A stretch of 64,000 nt of DNA from Minisyncoccota bacterium (lineage in GTDB: Bacteria > Patescibacteriota > Minisyncoccia > Phycocordibacterales > GCA-2747955): NCBI GenBank assembly GCA_020628915.1, contig JAHDEI010000003.1, positions 1,859 through 65,858 on the forward strand, read 5' to 3'. Below, piece by piece: positions 63,273-64,000 of this stretch. A program made the translations under genes and the position numbers. Under the pieces are notes generated by a model. That model saw only the letters and a list, made by a program, of their open reading frames with translations, was not told the DNA's origin and made no database searches. Position 1 is the first letter of the stretch; each line of letters begins with the position of its first letter.

Positions 63273-64000
63273 TTATTTTTCTTCTCGCATGCCTTTCCTG
63301 ATTGCTTTAAGGATATCGTTTCGGTCTTTCTTGTTTTCTTTGAGCCACTGTCTGGTTTTATCGTACCCAACGGCCATTTTGGTTTCACCGTAGTAGTATG
63401 TTGCTTTTTGTTTTTCGATGATTCCAAATTTTTCTCCCAGTGCAATAATTTCTCCCTCTTGAGAGATACCCTCGTTATACATGAGATCAAATTCAGTCTT
63501 TTTAAACGGTGGGGCAACTTTGTTTTTTACAACCTTTACTCGTACTCTACCCCCAACTACTTCTTCACCTTTCTTAATCTGTGCGATTCGGCGAACGTCT
63601 AGACGAACTGACGAGTAGAATTTGAGTGCTTTTCCACCAGGTGTTGTTTCCGGTGACCCAAACATAACTCCAATTTTCATTCTCAGCTGGTTAATAAAAA
63701 TTACTGTTGTGTTTGATTTAGCCACAATCGCCGTCAGTTTTCGTAAAGCTTGAGACATCAATCGTGCTTGTTTCCCAACATGGTGTGCACCCATTTCTCC
63801 TTCGATCTCATCTTTCGGGGTTAGTGCAGCAACCGAGTCGATCACAACAATGTCTACTTTTCCAGATCGCACGAGAGATTCTGTGATCTCAAGTGCTTGT
63901 TCTCCAGTATCTGGTTGTGATACTAGTAGCTCATCGGTTTTAACACCTATGTTCTTTGCGTAGATCGGGTCCAACGCATGCTCTGCGTCAATAAATGCAC
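63273..64000 (-). CDS. recA: Recombinase RecA, C-terminal two thirds. The 5-prime end lies beyond the window end.
   Basis: [10 protein letters not shown]...[39 protein letters not shown]...[39 protein letters not shown]. The reverse frame continues to the window edge with ...IDAEHAL. Confidence 0.9.
   Translation of the reverse strand, partial: AFIDAEHALDPIYAKNIGVKTDELLVSQPDTGEQALEITESLVRSGKVDIVVIDSVAALTPKDEIEGEMGAHHVGKQARLMSQALRKLTAIVAKSNTTVIFINQLRMKIGVMFGSPETTPGGKALKFYSSVRLDVRRIAQIKKGEEVVGGRVRVKVVKNKVAPPFKKTEFDLMYNEGISQEGEIIALGEKFGIIEKQKATYYYGETKMAVGYDKTRQWLKENKKDRNDILKAIRKGMREEK

Noticed and set aside
1-64000. CRISPR arrays, rRNA genes, prophage structural genes and transposases.
   Set aside because: No regularly spaced short direct repeats, no rRNA-like conserved stretches and no transposase or terminase-like ORFs were found by inspection. 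The only repeats are the intragenic tandem duplication (50.1-50.7 kb), the tRNA fragments and the terminator hairpin pairs.

Overview
This 64 kb window looks like a low-GC (about 40%) bacterial chromosome segment with compact same-strand operons, strong rho-independent terminators and many secreted, lipoprotein or membrane proteins of unknown function. That profile, with standard-code stops, fits a small-genome lineage such as the Patescibacteria (CPR) or another streamlined low-GC bacterium. I have no database evidence for that.

The supplied ORF track lists only ORFs that begin with a start codon, including TTG and GTG starts. I therefore re-derived several starts, and recovered two edge-truncated genes (pgk C-terminus at the left edge, recA at the right edge) and two tRNAs that the track does not show.

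Recognisable housekeeping genes:
- pgk (partial), CCA-adding enzyme, xth, miaA, rsmA, a UvrD/PcrA helicase, clpP, pyrH, xerC/D, an IMPDH/GMP-reductase family gene
- rpsO, rpsF, ssb, rpsR, efp, recA (partial), a peroxiredoxin, two HAD hydrolases
- tRNA-Gly(TCC) and tRNA-Arg(TCG), both on the minus strand

The most notable non-coding finding is two copies of a complete type III hammerhead self-cleaving ribozyme, same orientation, one at ~23.10 kb and one at ~47.74 kb.
- Both have the CUGAUGA ... GAAAC core, an identical stem II (gucc-aaaa-ggac), a GUC cleavage triplet, a 6-7 bp closed helix I with a GUGU-type loop, and a base-paired helix III.
- Each sits directly after a stable hairpin at the 3-prime end of the upstream gene.
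- The first lies inside a nine-gene plus-strand operon, between the substrate-binding gene and the permease gene of an NitT/TauT-type ABC transporter.

That operon (15.6-25.1 kb) is unusual in itself. It encodes two paralogous proteins that fuse a periplasmic substrate-binding-like domain to an OmpA peptidoglycan-binding domain, a vWA lipoprotein, a membrane coiled-coil protein, a TelA/KlaA-like protein and the ABC transporter.

Other observations worth a second look:
- a stand-alone TIR-like small protein (5.7-6.1 kb)
- tandem duplicated ECF sigma factor plus membrane-partner pairs (2.1-4.5 kb)
- degenerate partial copies of the tRNA-Arg 5-prime half beside the tRNA (25.15-25.39 kb)
- a VirD4/TraG-like coupling ATPase next to a 565-aa orphan protein and the UvrD helicase (31.0-37.7 kb)
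- a higher-GC two-gene island with a 52-nt palindromic leader, flanked by the second hammerhead (47.1-49.2 kb)
- a 987-aa repeat-rich surface protein carrying a recent 306-bp tandem duplication (49.5-52.4 kb)

No CRISPR array, rRNA gene or clear prophage was seen.
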